From the IMG/VR virus record IMGVR_UViG_3300047320_000352: DNA of 64,000 nt. The stretch is one strand, 5' to 3'. Under the pieces are notes generated by a model, which was given only the letters and a program-made list of their open reading frames with translations, was not told the DNA's origin and did no database searches. Position numbers and translations under genes: made by a program. The stretch comes from an uncultured virus (IMG/VR IMGVR_UViG_3300047320_000352) (taxonomy: Duplodnaviria > Heunggongvirae > Uroviricota > Caudoviricetes). This document shows, piece after piece, positions 29,516-39,657 of this stretch. Position 1 is the stretch's first letter. The number at the start of each line of letters is the position of its first letter.

Positions 29516-30154
29516 GTGAGTGTGCCAGAGGTTGTAGTTGTCGATGACCACAGCATGGTGCGCAAAGGCATCGCCATGCTTGTGCAGGAACTGGGCTGGT
29601 CGATTTGCTATGAAGCGTCTTCGCTTCAGCAGGCGCGGATGGCTGTCCGGACGACGGGTTGGACCATGATGGTGCTGGACCTGCAATTGCCCGACGGCGA
29701 TGGGCTGGAACTGATTCAGGAGTTGCGCTCGGCCGGCTACAAGCAGCCGATTCTCGTGCACAGTCTCATGCCTGATTCCGCGGCGGCCGGCCGGGTGTTC
29801 AAGGTCGGCGGAAGCGGCTTCATCAACAAGACGTGCGACCCGTCGGAATTCCTTGCGGCGTGCCAGAAGGTGGCCGCGGGCGGCCGGTACGTGAGCCCGG
29901 AGTATGCGGAAGCGCTGGTCATGCAGGCTGGTGGCATGCCGTCGACCAATCCGCATGAAAAGCTCTCGGAACGGGAGTACCAGGTGATGTGCCACCTCGC
30001 GGCGGGCAAGTCACCCTCCGAGGTCGCGGCCGCCATCAGCGTTGAGGTGGGTACCATCTCGACCTTCCGCTCGCGCGTGCTGAAAAAACTCGGGCTGAAA
30101 ACCAACGCTGACATCATGCGTTACGCGCTGAGCCGCAAGCTGGTCACCATTTAA
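29516..30154 (+). CDS. NarL/LuxR-family response regulator
   Basis: VVDDH, VLDLQLPDGDG and LSEREYQV...HTH motifs. Confidence 0.95.
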   Translation: MSVPEVVVVDDHSMVRKGIAMLVQELGWSICYEASSLQQARMAVRTTGWTMMVLDLQLPDGDGLELIQELRSAGYKQPILVHSLMPDSAAAGRVFKVGGSGFINKTCDPSEFLAACQKVAAGGRYVSPEYAEALVMQAGGMPSTNPHEKLSEREYQVMCHLAAGKSPSEVAAAISVEVGTISTFRSRVLKKLGLKTNADIMRYALSRKLVTI

Positions 30155-30331
30155 CCCGGCCGACTAGCCTGCGACCGGTACCCACCGGCGGTATCGTGGA
30201 GGGAGCGTAGACCCTCTTTTGAACCTCCTGCTTCGACCGTGAAGCGCAAAAACGCGGTCTTTTTAACCCTGCATCCTTCAATGCAGGGCGCCAGGCGCTA
30301 TACCACTGCAGACCTCAAGGTATACCGCCAA

Positions 30332-32275
30332 ATGTCCACCACATCTTTCCTTCGCAAGACCGTCCTCGCTGCTGCCCTGGCTGCCAGCATGTCGGCATTC
30401 GCCTCCAGCTATTACGTCGTCGTGCCGGTTCCCGCGCGCACCGACACTGGCGCTGCGAACATCTCCGTATCGCTGAGCGCCTATTCCCCGCCTGCGGGCT
30501 TCGTGGGCGACGCCTATCCCGGCTTCGATTTCAACCAGGCGTTGCAAGTCACCGGAGACCAGAACTTCAATCCATCGAACGTGCGCTGGTACGTATCCGG
30601 CGGCGCGCTGCCAGCGGGGCTCACGCTGAACGCTACCGGCAAACTCACCGGGACGCCGACCGCAGCCGGCACGTCAAGCTTCGTGGTCACGGCGGTGTAT
30701 CGCACAAAATCAGGCACGAACACTTTTCAGGTCAGCGTGACGAACCTGCAGGTGAGTCTCGGCAGTGCGGTATTGCCCAATGCGACCCAGGGCGCAACGT
30801 ACAGCTACGACATGAAGACGCGCCTGTCGGTGACAGGCGACTCGAGCTACTCGGGCGCAGGAGTCAGCTGGAGCATCGAGAGCGGCAACCTTCCCGCGGG
30901 CCTGAGCCTGGGCGCGAATGGCGTCATCACGGGCGTGGCCACCGCGGAAGGCACGTATCCTTTCACAGTCAAGGCAGCCTATCGGACAAAGTCCGGCATC
31001 CAGGGCTACCAGGTTGTCGTCGGCGCCATCACGGTCGGACTGCAAACCGCGACCTTGCCTGATGCGAAGCAGGGCACAGCTTACAGCTACGACCTGAAGA
31101 CGCTTCTCACGGTCGGCGGAGACGCGGCCTACTCGGGCGCAGGCGTGAGCTGGAGCGTCACGAGCGGCGCGCTGCCCGCCGGGCTGAGCATCGGAGCCGA
31201 CGGCGTCATCACAGGGAGTGCCACTGCGGAAGGCACGTTTCCGTTCACAGTGAAGGCTGCGTACAAAACGAAGTCCGGCACCCAGGGCTATCAGGTCGTG
31301 GTCGGGGCAATCACGGTCGAGTTGCAGCAAGCCACGCCACCGGGCGGCATTGTGGGCATTGCCTACAACAATGGCGCAGGATTCGACCTGAAGCCATCGG
31401 TGACCGTGAGCGGCGACGGAGCATATGCTGGCAGCGGCGCCGGCGTGCTGTGGTCGGTCACGAGCGGCACGTTGCCAGCGGGTCTGAGCCTGACGAACGC
31501 GGGTGTCATCGCAGGGACGCCGACTACCGCGGCGGTTTCGGCCACGGTCCAGGTCCAGGCATCGTACAAAGGCAAGACAGCCACGCAGTCGTACTCGGTG
31601 CCCATCACCGGCTCCATCCAGCAGTTCAGCGGCTATCGCGCGTACGCAGATGGCACCTATGCGAGCACCTGTAACGGCTACCGCAACCCAAGCGCGCCGC
31701 ACTACTACCAGGGCGCAACGGGAGATGGCATTTATCGCATCACCCCCGGCGGTGTGCCGTACGACGTCTATTGCGACATGACGACGAATGGCGGCGGCTA
31801 CACGGTCATCGAGGCGCTGCACGACACCCGTTACTACACGACCGCGACGTTCCTCCAAGCACCTGCGGGTTCTCCGCCTGTCCCGGGCGAGGCCAACGGT
31901 ACATACCTGCCGGCCGCGATTGCCATTGCATTGGCCAATCTGTCATCAGAGGTGCGCATCTCCGAATACGGTACCAGCAACGCAGCCTGGACAACCAGCG
32001 CGACGATGCTGAACAACCTGCGTCAAGGGCTGGTCGCCAACAACAACACGCAAACGGCCTATGACCCAACGGCACTGTGGGCGGTTAGCTCGGCTGGCCT
32101 GACGCAATTCAACACGACCCAAAGCATTGCCGGACAGGGCGCCGTCAACTACCCGACGATTTTCTGGGCAGGCGGCAACAGCCGCGGACTGCATGTCACG
32201 GGGGGTGGTGGCGTGTCCAACGCGTCATGGCACTACGACACCCAGAACGGTCCGATGGTTGTCAGCTATCGTTGA
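30332..32275 (+). CDS. secreted Ig-repeat (He_PIG-like) protein with fibrinogen-C-like tip
   Basis: Signal peptide, four SGxLPAGLxL...GTPT-type repeats, DGIYRI...VYCDMTTNGGGYTVI. Confidence 0.85.
   Translation: MSTTSFLRKTVLAAALAASMSAFASSYYVVVPVPARTDTGAANISVSLSAYSPPAGFVGDAYPGFDFNQALQVTGDQNFNPSNVRWYVSGGALPAGLTLNATGKLTGTPTAAGTSSFVVTAVYRTKSGTNTFQVSVTNLQVSLGSAVLPNATQGATYSYDMKTRLSVTGDSSYSGAGVSWSIESGNLPAGLSLGANGVITGVATAEGTYPFTVKAAYRTKSGIQGYQVVVGAITVGLQTATLPDAKQGTAYSYDLKTLLTVGGDAAYSGAGVSWSVTSGALPAGLSIGADGVITGSATAEGTFPFTVKAAYKTKSGTQGYQVVVGAITVELQQATPPGGIVGIAYNNGAGFDLKPSVTVSGDGAYAGSGAGVLWSVTSGTLPAGLSLTNAGVIAGTPTTAAVSATVQVQASYKGKTATQSYSVPITGSIQQFSGYRAYADGTYASTCNGYRNPSAPHYYQGATGDGIYRITPGGVPYDVYCDMTTNGGGYTVIEALHDTRYYTTATFLQAPAGSPPVPGEANGTYLPAAIAIALANLSSEVRISEYGTSNAAWTTSATMLNNLRQGLVANNNTQTAYDPTALWAVSSAGLTQFNTTQSIAGQGAVNYPTIFWAGGNSRGLHVTGGGGVSNASWHYDTQNGPMVVSYR
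30790..31320 (+). repeat. intragenic tandem duplication, 282-bp period
   Basis: ACAGCTACGAC.TGAAGACGC at 30801 and 31083; near-identical 94-aa units. Confidence 0.85.
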
Positions 32276-32294
32276 GGCATACCCGAGCTGAAAG

Positions 32295-32324
32295 AAAAAC
32301 GCCGCGAGACTTTCGCGGCGTTTG
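32295..32324. terminator. terminator between convergent genes
   Basis: AAACGCCGCGA/TCGCGGCGTTT stem. Confidence 0.8.
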
Positions 32325-32330
32325 AGTCAT

Positions 32331-32837
32331 TCAGTCTGTAGCACCGGTCAATCGTTCTGACCGCAAAACATGTAGCAATCGCCGGATGGCGATACCATCC
32401 GGGCAGGTTTTTCTGAGGTCGTAAATCCCGCAAAAGAAGAAACAGAGCCCGAAAATAGTTGCCTCATAAAAATGGGCATGCCGGAACAGCAGAAAAAACA
32501 CGGGTCCCGCACAAAGGACCGCCAACGGTCCGCAAAGATAGGTCAACAGCACCTGCCACGTGTCCGGGAAGTTTCCTTCATCCACAAACGTCGTGTGGCC
32601 GTTGTTAGGCAACCAGCCCAACGTGAAGGAATAGCCTCGCACGACAACCGTAAAAATCGGCTTTGTTCCAATCCGGATACCCGTTGAGCGAACGCCAAGC
32701 AGCGCGCCAGCAACGGCATGGCCGACTTCATGAATCGCAAACACCATGTGCGCAAACAGGATGTACACGACAATGGCGAATTGATACTGCCTGACCGCGT
32801 CTTCGAAATTCCACCAGAAAAGCTGAAACGAAACCAT
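32331..32837 (-). CDS. M50 (site-2 protease)-like membrane metallopeptidase
   Basis: IHEVGHA (HExxH), CGP and PDG motifs; TM segments. Confidence 0.8.
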   Translation of the reverse strand: MVSFQLFWWNFEDAVRQYQFAIVVYILFAHMVFAIHEVGHAVAGALLGVRSTGIRIGTKPIFTVVVRGYSFTLGWLPNNGHTTFVDEGNFPDTWQVLLTYLCGPLAVLCAGPVFFLLFRHAHFYEATIFGLCFFFCGIYDLRKTCPDGIAIRRLLHVLRSERLTGATD

Positions 32838-32917
32838 TTGTGTACCTCATTGAATTGGCCTAATCAGTATAAGGGGACACGTCGCGTGCAAGCATTGCGC
32901 ATCGGGACCACAGCAAT

Positions 32918-32945
32918 AAAAAAGCGCCCAGAAAAAGGGCGCTTT
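32918..32945 (-). terminator. Rho-independent terminator
   Basis: A6 followed by GCGCCC/GGGCGC stem. Confidence 0.75.
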
Positions 32946-32965
32946 AATAAAGAGAGAAGCGTCGG

Positions 32966-33355
32966 TTACTGGAGCGCACCGACGATGAAGATGCCCAGTT
33001 CGTTGGCCGTTTCTTTTGCCTCGGACTTGCGCATATCCCACGGCTGGACCAGGTCGGAACCTGCTTCAGTCACGATGCGCCACGCGGTCACGAACCAGCC
33101 TCGCTTCGTGTTGAAGCGTTCCATGCGGTCACGCTTGAAGTAGCCGACTTTCTCGAAGCCACCCTCGCGCGGGCGGAAGGTTTCCAGCAGTTCCGCGCCA
33201 CCATTGTTGCGCAACTGCTGCAAGAGGCACTGGTCGGCAGGGCTCGTGGTCACCGGATAGATGCCACAGGTCCAGCTCGAAAAAAGCCGGTCCTTCCAGC
33301 CGCGTTTGTGTTCGAGAGCAAAACGGTTCAGCGCATTGATTTGGTCGACGTTCAT
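32966..33355 (-). CDS. hypothetical protein
   Basis: GAGG RBS; CTATAC motif 37 nt upstream. Confidence 0.75.
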   Translation of the reverse strand: MNVDQINALNRFALEHKRGWKDRLFSSWTCGIYPVTTSPADQCLLQQLRNNGGAELLETFRPREGGFEKVGYFKRDRMERFNTKRGWFVTAWRIVTEAGSDLVQPWDMRKSEAKETANELGIFIVGALQ

Positions 33356-33416
33356 AGATTCCTCGCAAAAAAGTAGTTGGCCTTGCAGACCCGTATAGGC
33401 TGCGGCCGCGCGAATG

Positions 33417-33441
33417 AAAAAACCCGGGCAGAAGCCCGGGT
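33417..33441 (-). terminator. Rho-independent terminator
   Basis: A6 followed by CCCGGGC/GCCCGGG stem. Confidence 0.8.
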
Positions 33442-33468
33442 GCGAGGAGAAGTACTTGACGAAGCGCC

Positions 33469-34266
33469 TTACTTCGACGGCTTCGGAGGTTTCTGCGGCA
33501 GCTGCGCGATTTCCGCCAGTTCGTAGATGTAGACCTCGACACTGCGCATCTTGAAACCGGACGAGTGGCCCTGGTGATTTTCGAACGACGTCACTTTCGA
33601 CGAAGGCAGGCGCTGGGCAAAAAGCTTCATCAGTGCGTCACGACTCGCGTCGCAGTCACGGATTTCCCAGTCACGGCCGTCCTGTTCCAGCACGAAGCCA
33701 CGCTCCCGGAGACTTGCATGCCAGAGGACACGGCGTTCCTTGTCCGACACGGGAGTGTCCGACTGGAAGCTGAAATCGCCGAAGAGCGAACAGCTGAACT
33801 TGGCCTTGCAACCATACTTGCCGAACGACAGGTCACTGATGTGGCCAAACCCTTCGAGGTCCCACCAGCTATTGAGCTGCTCGTCCAACTTTTTCAGACA
33901 GGCTTTCGTCACGTCTGGGCCTTGTGCAGCACCGAGCTGTGCCTCGAGCTCGCGAACGCGCATGTTTGCCGCGCGCACCCGTGCAAAACGGTTCTCCATC
34001 TCGGCCGCAGAATCGGTCTCGATGCCAAGCAATTTTCCCAGGTCGGCCATGCGATGCTCCGCGACCGACAGGCAATTGGTCGCGAGTCCGCGCGGCAAAC
34101 CGTCCTTGAACACACTCGCGTCGGGCCCTTTGAGGACGCTTGCGATTGTGCCCATCGCCTGCTGCAGGTCGAGGATGTGCTTCAAAGCGACCGCTTTCTG
34201 GTCGGCATTCAGCTCGATGATGTGGTCGTCACCATCTTCAAGCGGGAGGGTGATTTCGAGTGTCAT
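33469..34266 (-). CDS. hypothetical protein
   Basis: AAGGA RBS; CTATAC motif 34 nt upstream. Confidence 0.8.
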   Translation of the reverse strand: MTLEITLPLEDGDDHIIELNADQKAVALKHILDLQQAMGTIASVLKGPDASVFKDGLPRGLATNCLSVAEHRMADLGKLLGIETDSAAEMENRFARVRAANMRVRELEAQLGAAQGPDVTKACLKKLDEQLNSWWDLEGFGHISDLSFGKYGCKAKFSCSLFGDFSFQSDTPVSDKERRVLWHASLRERGFVLEQDGRDWEIRDCDASRDALMKLFAQRLPSSKVTSFENHQGHSSGFKMRSVEVYIYELAEIAQLPQKPPKPSK

Positions 34267-34375
34267 GGTGTTCCTTTCATGTGTGAGTTGCCCTGACTCT
34301 GTATAGCCCGGCGCCCACGATAATATCTAATTACATGGTATACTAATTTCCATCAAACATCTGGAGTTGTCGCGC

Positions 34376-34999
34376 GTGAGCACTGAAACAAATGAGTCCC
34401 CATCGTGGGGTTCGCGGCTGCTGGACACCGCAAAATCGGCCCTGACTTCGGTGTTTCCGGCGCTTGGCGCCGTCGACGCTGCCAGGGAATTCATCTCGGA
34501 AGCCGTGGCGCAAAAGATTCGTAATGAGGCGAGCGTCAAGGCGCAGGCGCTGATTTCGCAGGCCCACCGCAAGGTCATCTTCTCCATCGTCTGGCAAAAC
34601 GGCCTGCTCATGCTCTCGCTGGTGCCGGTGTACTTCCTGCGCGCGCCGTGGCCGTTCTACGTGGCGTACGCCTGCGTGTTCGGCTACTCCACGTATTCGG
34701 CTTACGAGTATCGCGGCATCATCTGGCGCCTGTGCAAGACGTTCAGCGTAACCCAGACGTTGGCGCTCGAGGTGCGCGAAGCCATCGAGACCGAACTGAC
34801 CTCGCGTCAGTTTTTTGAGCGTAAGGCCGTCGAGTGGCTCGGCCCGGACATGAAACGACTGGCGGAAGACGTCGCGCGCAAACTCAAGCCGGATGTCATG
34901 ATGGCCGCGTTCAATATGGCATTTACGCTCTTCACGGCGTTTATCGCGTTCCGGGTGTTCGTGATTCCGCTGCTCGAGCATCGCGCGCTGATGCATTGA
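34376..34999 (+). CDS. membrane protein
   Basis: Three hydrophobic segments; TGGTATACT upstream. Confidence 0.75.
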   Translation: MSTETNESPSWGSRLLDTAKSALTSVFPALGAVDAAREFISEAVAQKIRNEASVKAQALISQAHRKVIFSIVWQNGLLMLSLVPVYFLRAPWPFYVAYACVFGYSTYSAYEYRGIIWRLCKTFSVTQTLALEVREAIETELTSRQFFERKAVEWLGPDMKRLAEDVARKLKPDVMMAAFNMAFTLFTAFIAFRVFVIPLLEHRALMH

Positions 35000-35093
35000 G
35001 CGACCTTCGCCGGCATCTTCGCCAGAATGGACGAAATAGCATTAAAAGGCTATATTATTATTTCCTGCAACCATCAGTACAAAGTAAATCCGT

Positions 35094-35474
35094 ATGAACA
35101 CTGCAAGTGCACAAGGTCTCGTTTCGTTCGCCCCCGGCAAGGTCGTGGCCAGTCTTTCCGCCGACGAGGTTCGCTGCGCGCTGTCCACCGCAATGGGCTT
35201 GGGCGTGGCCCTGGTCCACGTCTCGTATCCGAATGTGGATAGCCGTAATCACAAGAGCCTCGAGTCGCTGGTGTCGAAGCTCTCGGGTCACGGTTTCGCC
35301 GAAACGGCGACGATGGTTCACGAAGAAGTGCCGTATATGGTCTTCAAAGACCTGAAGAAGGCCCTGAATGTGTACCACGAAATCCAGAAGGATTCGGTGG
35401 CCATCTCTGCATCGCTGTATTACGCCGGCGTCACTGGCCTGCAAGCCGAAGCCGCCATTCTGGCCGCTGCCTAA
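35094..35474 (+). CDS. hypothetical protein
   Basis: Clean ORF after an AT-rich promoter-like gap. Confidence 0.75.
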   Translation: MNTASAQGLVSFAPGKVVASLSADEVRCALSTAMGLGVALVHVSYPNVDSRNHKSLESLVSKLSGHGFAETATMVHEEVPYMVFKDLKKALNVYHEIQKDSVAISASLYYAGVTGLQAEAAILAAA

Positions 35475-35533
35475 GGTCGCCTGCCGCCGCGCAAGGTGCG
35501 CGGCTTAACTGTTGGCGTTTGCTGGAGAGCGAG

Positions 35534-35899
35534 ATGGCGATAGAGGATGTTGTGTACAACGTGGACGGCAGCGTTGCTGCGTACCGGATGTCGGATGGTC
35601 GCATGCGGGTAAAGCTGCCCACGAGGGCACCGTCTGCGCCGGCAGCTCCAATGGAGCACTCGTGCACGCCTGACAGCATGGGCGAGATTCCTGCGAGCGC
35701 TCACGCCCGCAGGGACCGGGTCCTGGTGTACGCCATCATCCTGCTGGGTTCCGCCGCGCTGGGACTGTTGGGTGATGTGCCTGGCGGGTACATTCTGCCG
35801 CGCGGAATCATGGGGTTCTTCGCCGTGGTCGGCATCACTTCCGTTGTCGTGGACATTCAGCTGCGTGCTTCTAAGCGCAAGCCGCGCTCGCCTTCGTAA
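35534..35899 (+). CDS. two-TM membrane protein
   Basis: GGAG RBS; two C-terminal hydrophobic helices. Confidence 0.65.
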   Translation: MAIEDVVYNVDGSVAAYRMSDGRMRVKLPTRAPSAPAAPMEHSCTPDSMGEIPASAHARRDRVLVYAIILLGSAALGLLGDVPGGYILPRGIMGFFAVVGITSVVVDIQLRASKRKPRSPS

Positions 35900-35953
35900 A
35901 TCCGGTGGCCGGTCGACGATATACCGAACAACGACACTTCTGAAGGAACACGC

Positions 35954-37171
35954 ATGACTGCAACTCCGCGCAAGCGCCGCTCGAGCGCAAAGGATAGGAC
36001 GGACACCGCGCCGCCGGCGCTCGCGCCCATCGTCTCTCCGGTTGCGCAGGCCGGTGAGCCGGTCGAAGACCGTGCGCTGCGCCCCAAGCGCCTCGCAGAC
36101 TACATCGGTCAGCAGGCGCTGCGCGCGCAGCTTGGCATTTTCCTTAACGCGGCCAAGCATCGCGCTGAGGCACTCGACCATGTCCTGCTGTCCGGCCCGC
36201 CGGGCCTGGGCAAGACGACGCTCGCGCAAATCATCGCTGCCGAGCTCGGCGTCGGCCTCAAGGTGACGACGGGGCCGGTGCTCGAGAAACCAGGCGACAT
36301 TGCAGCGCTCCTCACGGGCCTGAACGCGAACGACGTGCTCTTCATCGACGAGATTCACCGGCTGCCGCCCGTCGTCGAGGAGGTGCTGTATCCGGCGATG
36401 GAAGACTACAAGCTCGACATCCTGGTCGGGGAAGGGCAGGAGGCGCGCACGGTGACCGTGCCGCTGTCGCCCTTTACGCTCGTGGGTGCCACGACGCGCG
36501 CGGGCAGTCTCTCGGCGCCGTTGCGCGACCGTTTTGGCATTACCGGTCGCATGGAGTTTTACACAGACGCGGAACTCGAATCCATCGTGACCCGCTCGGC
36601 AGGGCTTCTTGGCGTCGGTATGGCGCCGGGCGCCGCGCTCGAGGTCGCCATGCGTTCGCGCGGCACACCACGTATCGCCAACCGGCTGCTGCGTCGCGTG
36701 CGCGACTACGCGACCGTCACCGGGCCGAACCCGAACGAAGTCAGCAACGCCGATGCACAAGCGGCTCTCGCCATGCTTGGCGTCGACTCGCGCGGGCTGG
36801 ACTCGATTGACCGCCGGCTACTTCAGGCGATGGTCGACTTTTACGGCGGCGGCCCCGTCGGCCTGAATACGTTGTGCGCGGCCATCAGCGAAGTAGAAGA
36901 CACGATTGAGGATGCGGTCGAGCCGTTCCTCATCCAGCAGGGTTTCCTGCAGCGCACGCCGCGCGGACGCGTCATCACCGAGCTCGGACGCACGCATCTC
37001 GGTGCATGTCCTGGTCAGCCACCCGTGCAGGCCTCGCGCAGTGGTGGCCCGGTGTATGTGGGCGGTATCCAGCCGGCCGGGCAAGGGAAGGGCGCAGTGC
37101 TGAAGTTGGACCCGAATGGACTTGGTGTCGTGCGCGACCCGAAAACGGGCGAATACCTGCCGACGTATTGA
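35954..37171 (+). CDS. ruvB: Holliday junction branch-migration helicase RuvB
   Basis: [53 protein letters not shown] and RTPRGR motifs. Confidence 0.97.
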   Translation: MTATPRKRRSSAKDRTDTAPPALAPIVSPVAQAGEPVEDRALRPKRLADYIGQQALRAQLGIFLNAAKHRAEALDHVLLSGPPGLGKTTLAQIIAAELGVGLKVTTGPVLEKPGDIAALLTGLNANDVLFIDEIHRLPPVVEEVLYPAMEDYKLDILVGEGQEARTVTVPLSPFTLVGATTRAGSLSAPLRDRFGITGRMEFYTDAELESIVTRSAGLLGVGMAPGAALEVAMRSRGTPRIANRLLRRVRDYATVTGPNPNEVSNADAQAALAMLGVDSRGLDSIDRRLLQAMVDFYGGGPVGLNTLCAAISEVEDTIEDAVEPFLIQQGFLQRTPRGRVITELGRTHLGACPGQPPVQASRSGGPVYVGGIQPAGQGKGAVLKLDPNGLGVVRDPKTGEYLPTY

Positions 37172-37193
37172 ATACATAAACCGGAGCCAGGAG

Positions 37194-37487
37194 ATGAATC
37201 GAATCAAGCAGATGAGCCACGGAATGGATGTCGCGTTCTATGAGCGGCTCGCCACGGTCTTCGCATACTACGGCGCGATTATGGCGACGGCTCGCTTCTG
37301 GCTGGTTCCGGCGTTCGCCTGGGTGGACCAGCATCACCCGCAAGCCCACGAGTACGCGGTGTGGGCCATGGTATTGCTGCTTTCGCTCGTCGGGGCGGTC
37401 CTCCTGGCGCGGACGCTGGCGGCTCCCGCGCCGACGCTCCAACAACCCGCAAGGTACCCGGAGGTGGTGCGTCCGTTCAGGAATTGA
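37194..37487 (+). CDS. membrane protein
   Basis: Two hydrophobic segments. Confidence 0.65.
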   Translation: MNRIKQMSHGMDVAFYERLATVFAYYGAIMATARFWLVPAFAWVDQHHPQAHEYAVWAMVLLLSLVGAVLLARTLAAPAPTLQQPARYPEVVRPFRN

Positions 37488-37546
37488 TACGGGCTTTCTA
37501 TACAGGAAAGCAGGACCCATTCAATCAAGGACAGACGGAGCACATC

Positions 37547-38023
37547 ATGCAAAACTGGAAGGTATGCGGCTCGACTTACAATGGAGCCGTAGCCGTTTTC
37601 ATTCAGGCTCAGAGCCGCACGGCTGCCATCGAAATCAGCAGCAAGGCGCCACACCTGCTACTGGTTGTTCGTAGCGCCGAGCTGCGGACTGAAGAGGACG
37701 TCTGGCATATCGCCACGAGCCATCTCTGCAGGCAGCACGGCTGGCGCGCCGAGAGCGTACTCGACAACGTTGTGATGAAGGACTACGACGGTGCTGACGG
37801 CTTTACGGAAGCACTTGCCAGCATCCGTTACGGCGTGAAAAGTTCGCAGTTCGTCATGAGCTGCTCTTACACGCTCGAAGACGGCCATGGCGATTCGTTG
37901 CAGCTCATGGCCATTCCGGAATCTGCTTCGAAGGAAGAAATCGAAGCATGTGTGGACGCGTTCGCTGCCAAGGCGGACACGTTTGTCACCGCGAGCGCTG
38001 CCACAGCTTTCGCTCACGGTTGA
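37547..38023 (+). CDS. hypothetical protein
   Basis: GGAG RBS; CTATAC motif 43 nt upstream; terminator 38040-38070. Confidence 0.75.
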   Translation: MQNWKVCGSTYNGAVAVFIQAQSRTAAIEISSKAPHLLLVVRSAELRTEEDVWHIATSHLCRQHGWRAESVLDNVVMKDYDGADGFTEALASIRYGVKSSQFVMSCSYTLEDGHGDSLQLMAIPESASKEEIEACVDAFAAKADTFVTASAATAFAHG

Positions 38024-38173
38024 GATTTGTCTCTCCCTCGCCCAGCGATTCTGCTGGGCTTTTTCATTTTCAACGCCAGCTGACGTGTTGCCGGTCCTGA
38101 GGATTCGGGCGATGTCGGCTATACGCTCACGTAGGAACCTTTAATATTGAGTGAATTGCCCAGAGGACACATC

Positions 38174-38674
38174 ATGAAAGAATGGCGAGTACGCGGCAGA
38201 AGAGATGACTCCATCAAGATTGTGGAAATCATCGTTGAAGCAAAGAGCTGGGCAGGTGCAGTCGCCGAAGCACAATCGGGAGCGCATCAGCTCAAGGTAC
38301 GTGATGCGGTGCGTATCGACCTCGAAGCACTGGCAATCGGCCGACTCATCACCGAGCATGGCTGGATGTCGTACGCGCAGCACCCGTGGAAGTCGTACCG
38401 CGACAATCCGATTTTCACTACGAAAGACTTTCCGACCGCAGTCGGCCCGCAAATGGCCGTGATTCGCCCGGTTGTGCCCGACAATGGCCTGGCTCAATTG
38501 TGGCTCGTTGGCGAGTACATCAGTGAAGGCAATAACGCACTGGTGGGCACGATGGCCATCATCCCGCAAGACGCTGACGACGCCGAGGTTTTCCGGCACG
38601 TCGACGACTTCGCAGCTTGCGTGGCTCAACGCATCTCCGAAACATACGCCGCGCGCCTTCTGAAGGCAGTCTGA
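38174..38674 (+). CDS. hypothetical protein
   Basis: GAGG RBS; CTATAC motif 49 nt upstream; terminator 38698-38722. Confidence 0.75.
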   Translation: MKEWRVRGRRDDSIKIVEIIVEAKSWAGAVAEAQSGAHQLKVRDAVRIDLEALAIGRLITEHGWMSYAQHPWKSYRDNPIFTTKDFPTAVGPQMAVIRPVVPDNGLAQLWLVGEYISEGNNALVGTMAIIPQDADDAEVFRHVDDFAACVAQRISETYAARLLKAV

Positions 38675-38833
38675 TTCGCACTGACGCAACACCCTCGAGC
38701 CCGGCATTCGCTGGGCTTTTTTCTTTGAGAGCCAAGCCCAGTGCGGCTCTCAAGACAATGACACACGCTCTATACCGAATTACGCGAGCGTAACGCTCAT
38801 CTCGTGCAATCCAGTTCGGAGTATTCATCGACT

Positions 38834-39082
38834 ATGCTTCTCATCATCGCGGCCGCCAGCGTCACTGGCGGGTTCCTGTTCATTCTCATCGGTGCAATTC
38901 TTGAGGTCCGCGCGGCGGTCAAGTTCCAGGCCACGCTGAAAACAAAACTCGGCTTCCTCTCATTTCGCCAGCAAATCAAGAAATCCGAATTCGGTCAGAT
39001 GCATCGCAACGGTCGCATCCTGCGCGCGCTCGGCGTGCTGACCTTCGCGGGTTTCTTTCTCTGGGCCGGCCTGCACCGGTAA
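38834..39082 (+). CDS. small two-TM membrane protein
   Basis: Hydrophobic ends; CTATAC motif 58 nt upstream. Confidence 0.65.
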   Translation: MLLIIAAASVTGGFLFILIGAILEVRAAVKFQATLKTKLGFLSFRQQIKKSEFGQMHRNGRILRALGVLTFAGFFLWAGLHR

Positions 39083-39136
39083 CCCACGGCGCAAAAGAAA
39101 ATCGCCCCATCAAGGAGCGATTTTGAGTTTTGCAGC

Positions 39137-39517
39137 CTAGTCGTAGCGGCGGTTGCAATGCAGCAGGTCATACGTCTTCATCAGGTCTTGCAGGTTTGCA
39201 CCTACACGCTTGTCCATCGTGGTGTCCAGAACGCCAATCTGCCGGCAGTTCTTCACATACTGCGAGTCGATGGAGTAGAGCGCTGCTTCCTTGATGTTGA
39301 TGATGATTGTGTCCGCATGAAAACCGGTTGCAGCATGAGCAGGGCTCTTGCTGGTCATCAGAACGCAACCTTGACGGACTTCACCAGTACGCTCCGGGTT
39401 GGTCGACACGGGTGCGACCGCGATGCGGCCGTTGACCATGCCAAGCACAACTGCGGGACGACGCTTGCCGTTCGGGTCAGTCGGACGAATAAGGCCAGTG
39501 ACAACGACGAATTTCAT
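39137..39517 (-). CDS. PemK/MazF-like endoribonuclease fold protein
   Basis: GKRRPAVVL...IAVAPVST pattern and late IGVLD; GGAGG RBS. Confidence 0.65.
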   Translation of the reverse strand: MKFVVVTGLIRPTDPNGKRRPAVVLGMVNGRIAVAPVSTNPERTGEVRQGCVLMTSKSPAHAATGFHADTIIINIKEAALYSIDSQYVKNCRQIGVLDTTMDKRVGANLQDLMKTYDLLHCNRRYD

Positions 39518-39657
39518 GATGTTTGCCTCCAGTAGGCAGCTATTTCCACATAGCCGTATAGCGCCAAATGCGGCAAAATAGCGTGTAATCGGAGGTGTCG
39601 CTGGCGCGCCGCGCTGTTCTATACGGAACATGGCAACAATTAACCAGCGAGGAAGCT

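Noticed and set aside
27767..29995. 742-aa minus-strand ORF
   Set aside because: Antisense shadow of the histidine kinase/response regulator pair.
30332..32275. Diversity-generating retroelement acting on the adhesin tips
   Set aside because: No reverse transcriptase and no template-repeat copy of any tip 3' end was seen in this window.
35471..36760. 429-aa minus-strand ORF (similar shadows at 7429..8685, 10514..11629, 30710..31858, 49087..50292 and 56339..57487)
   Set aside because: Each overlaps well-supported genes on the opposite strand and lacks recognisable motifs.
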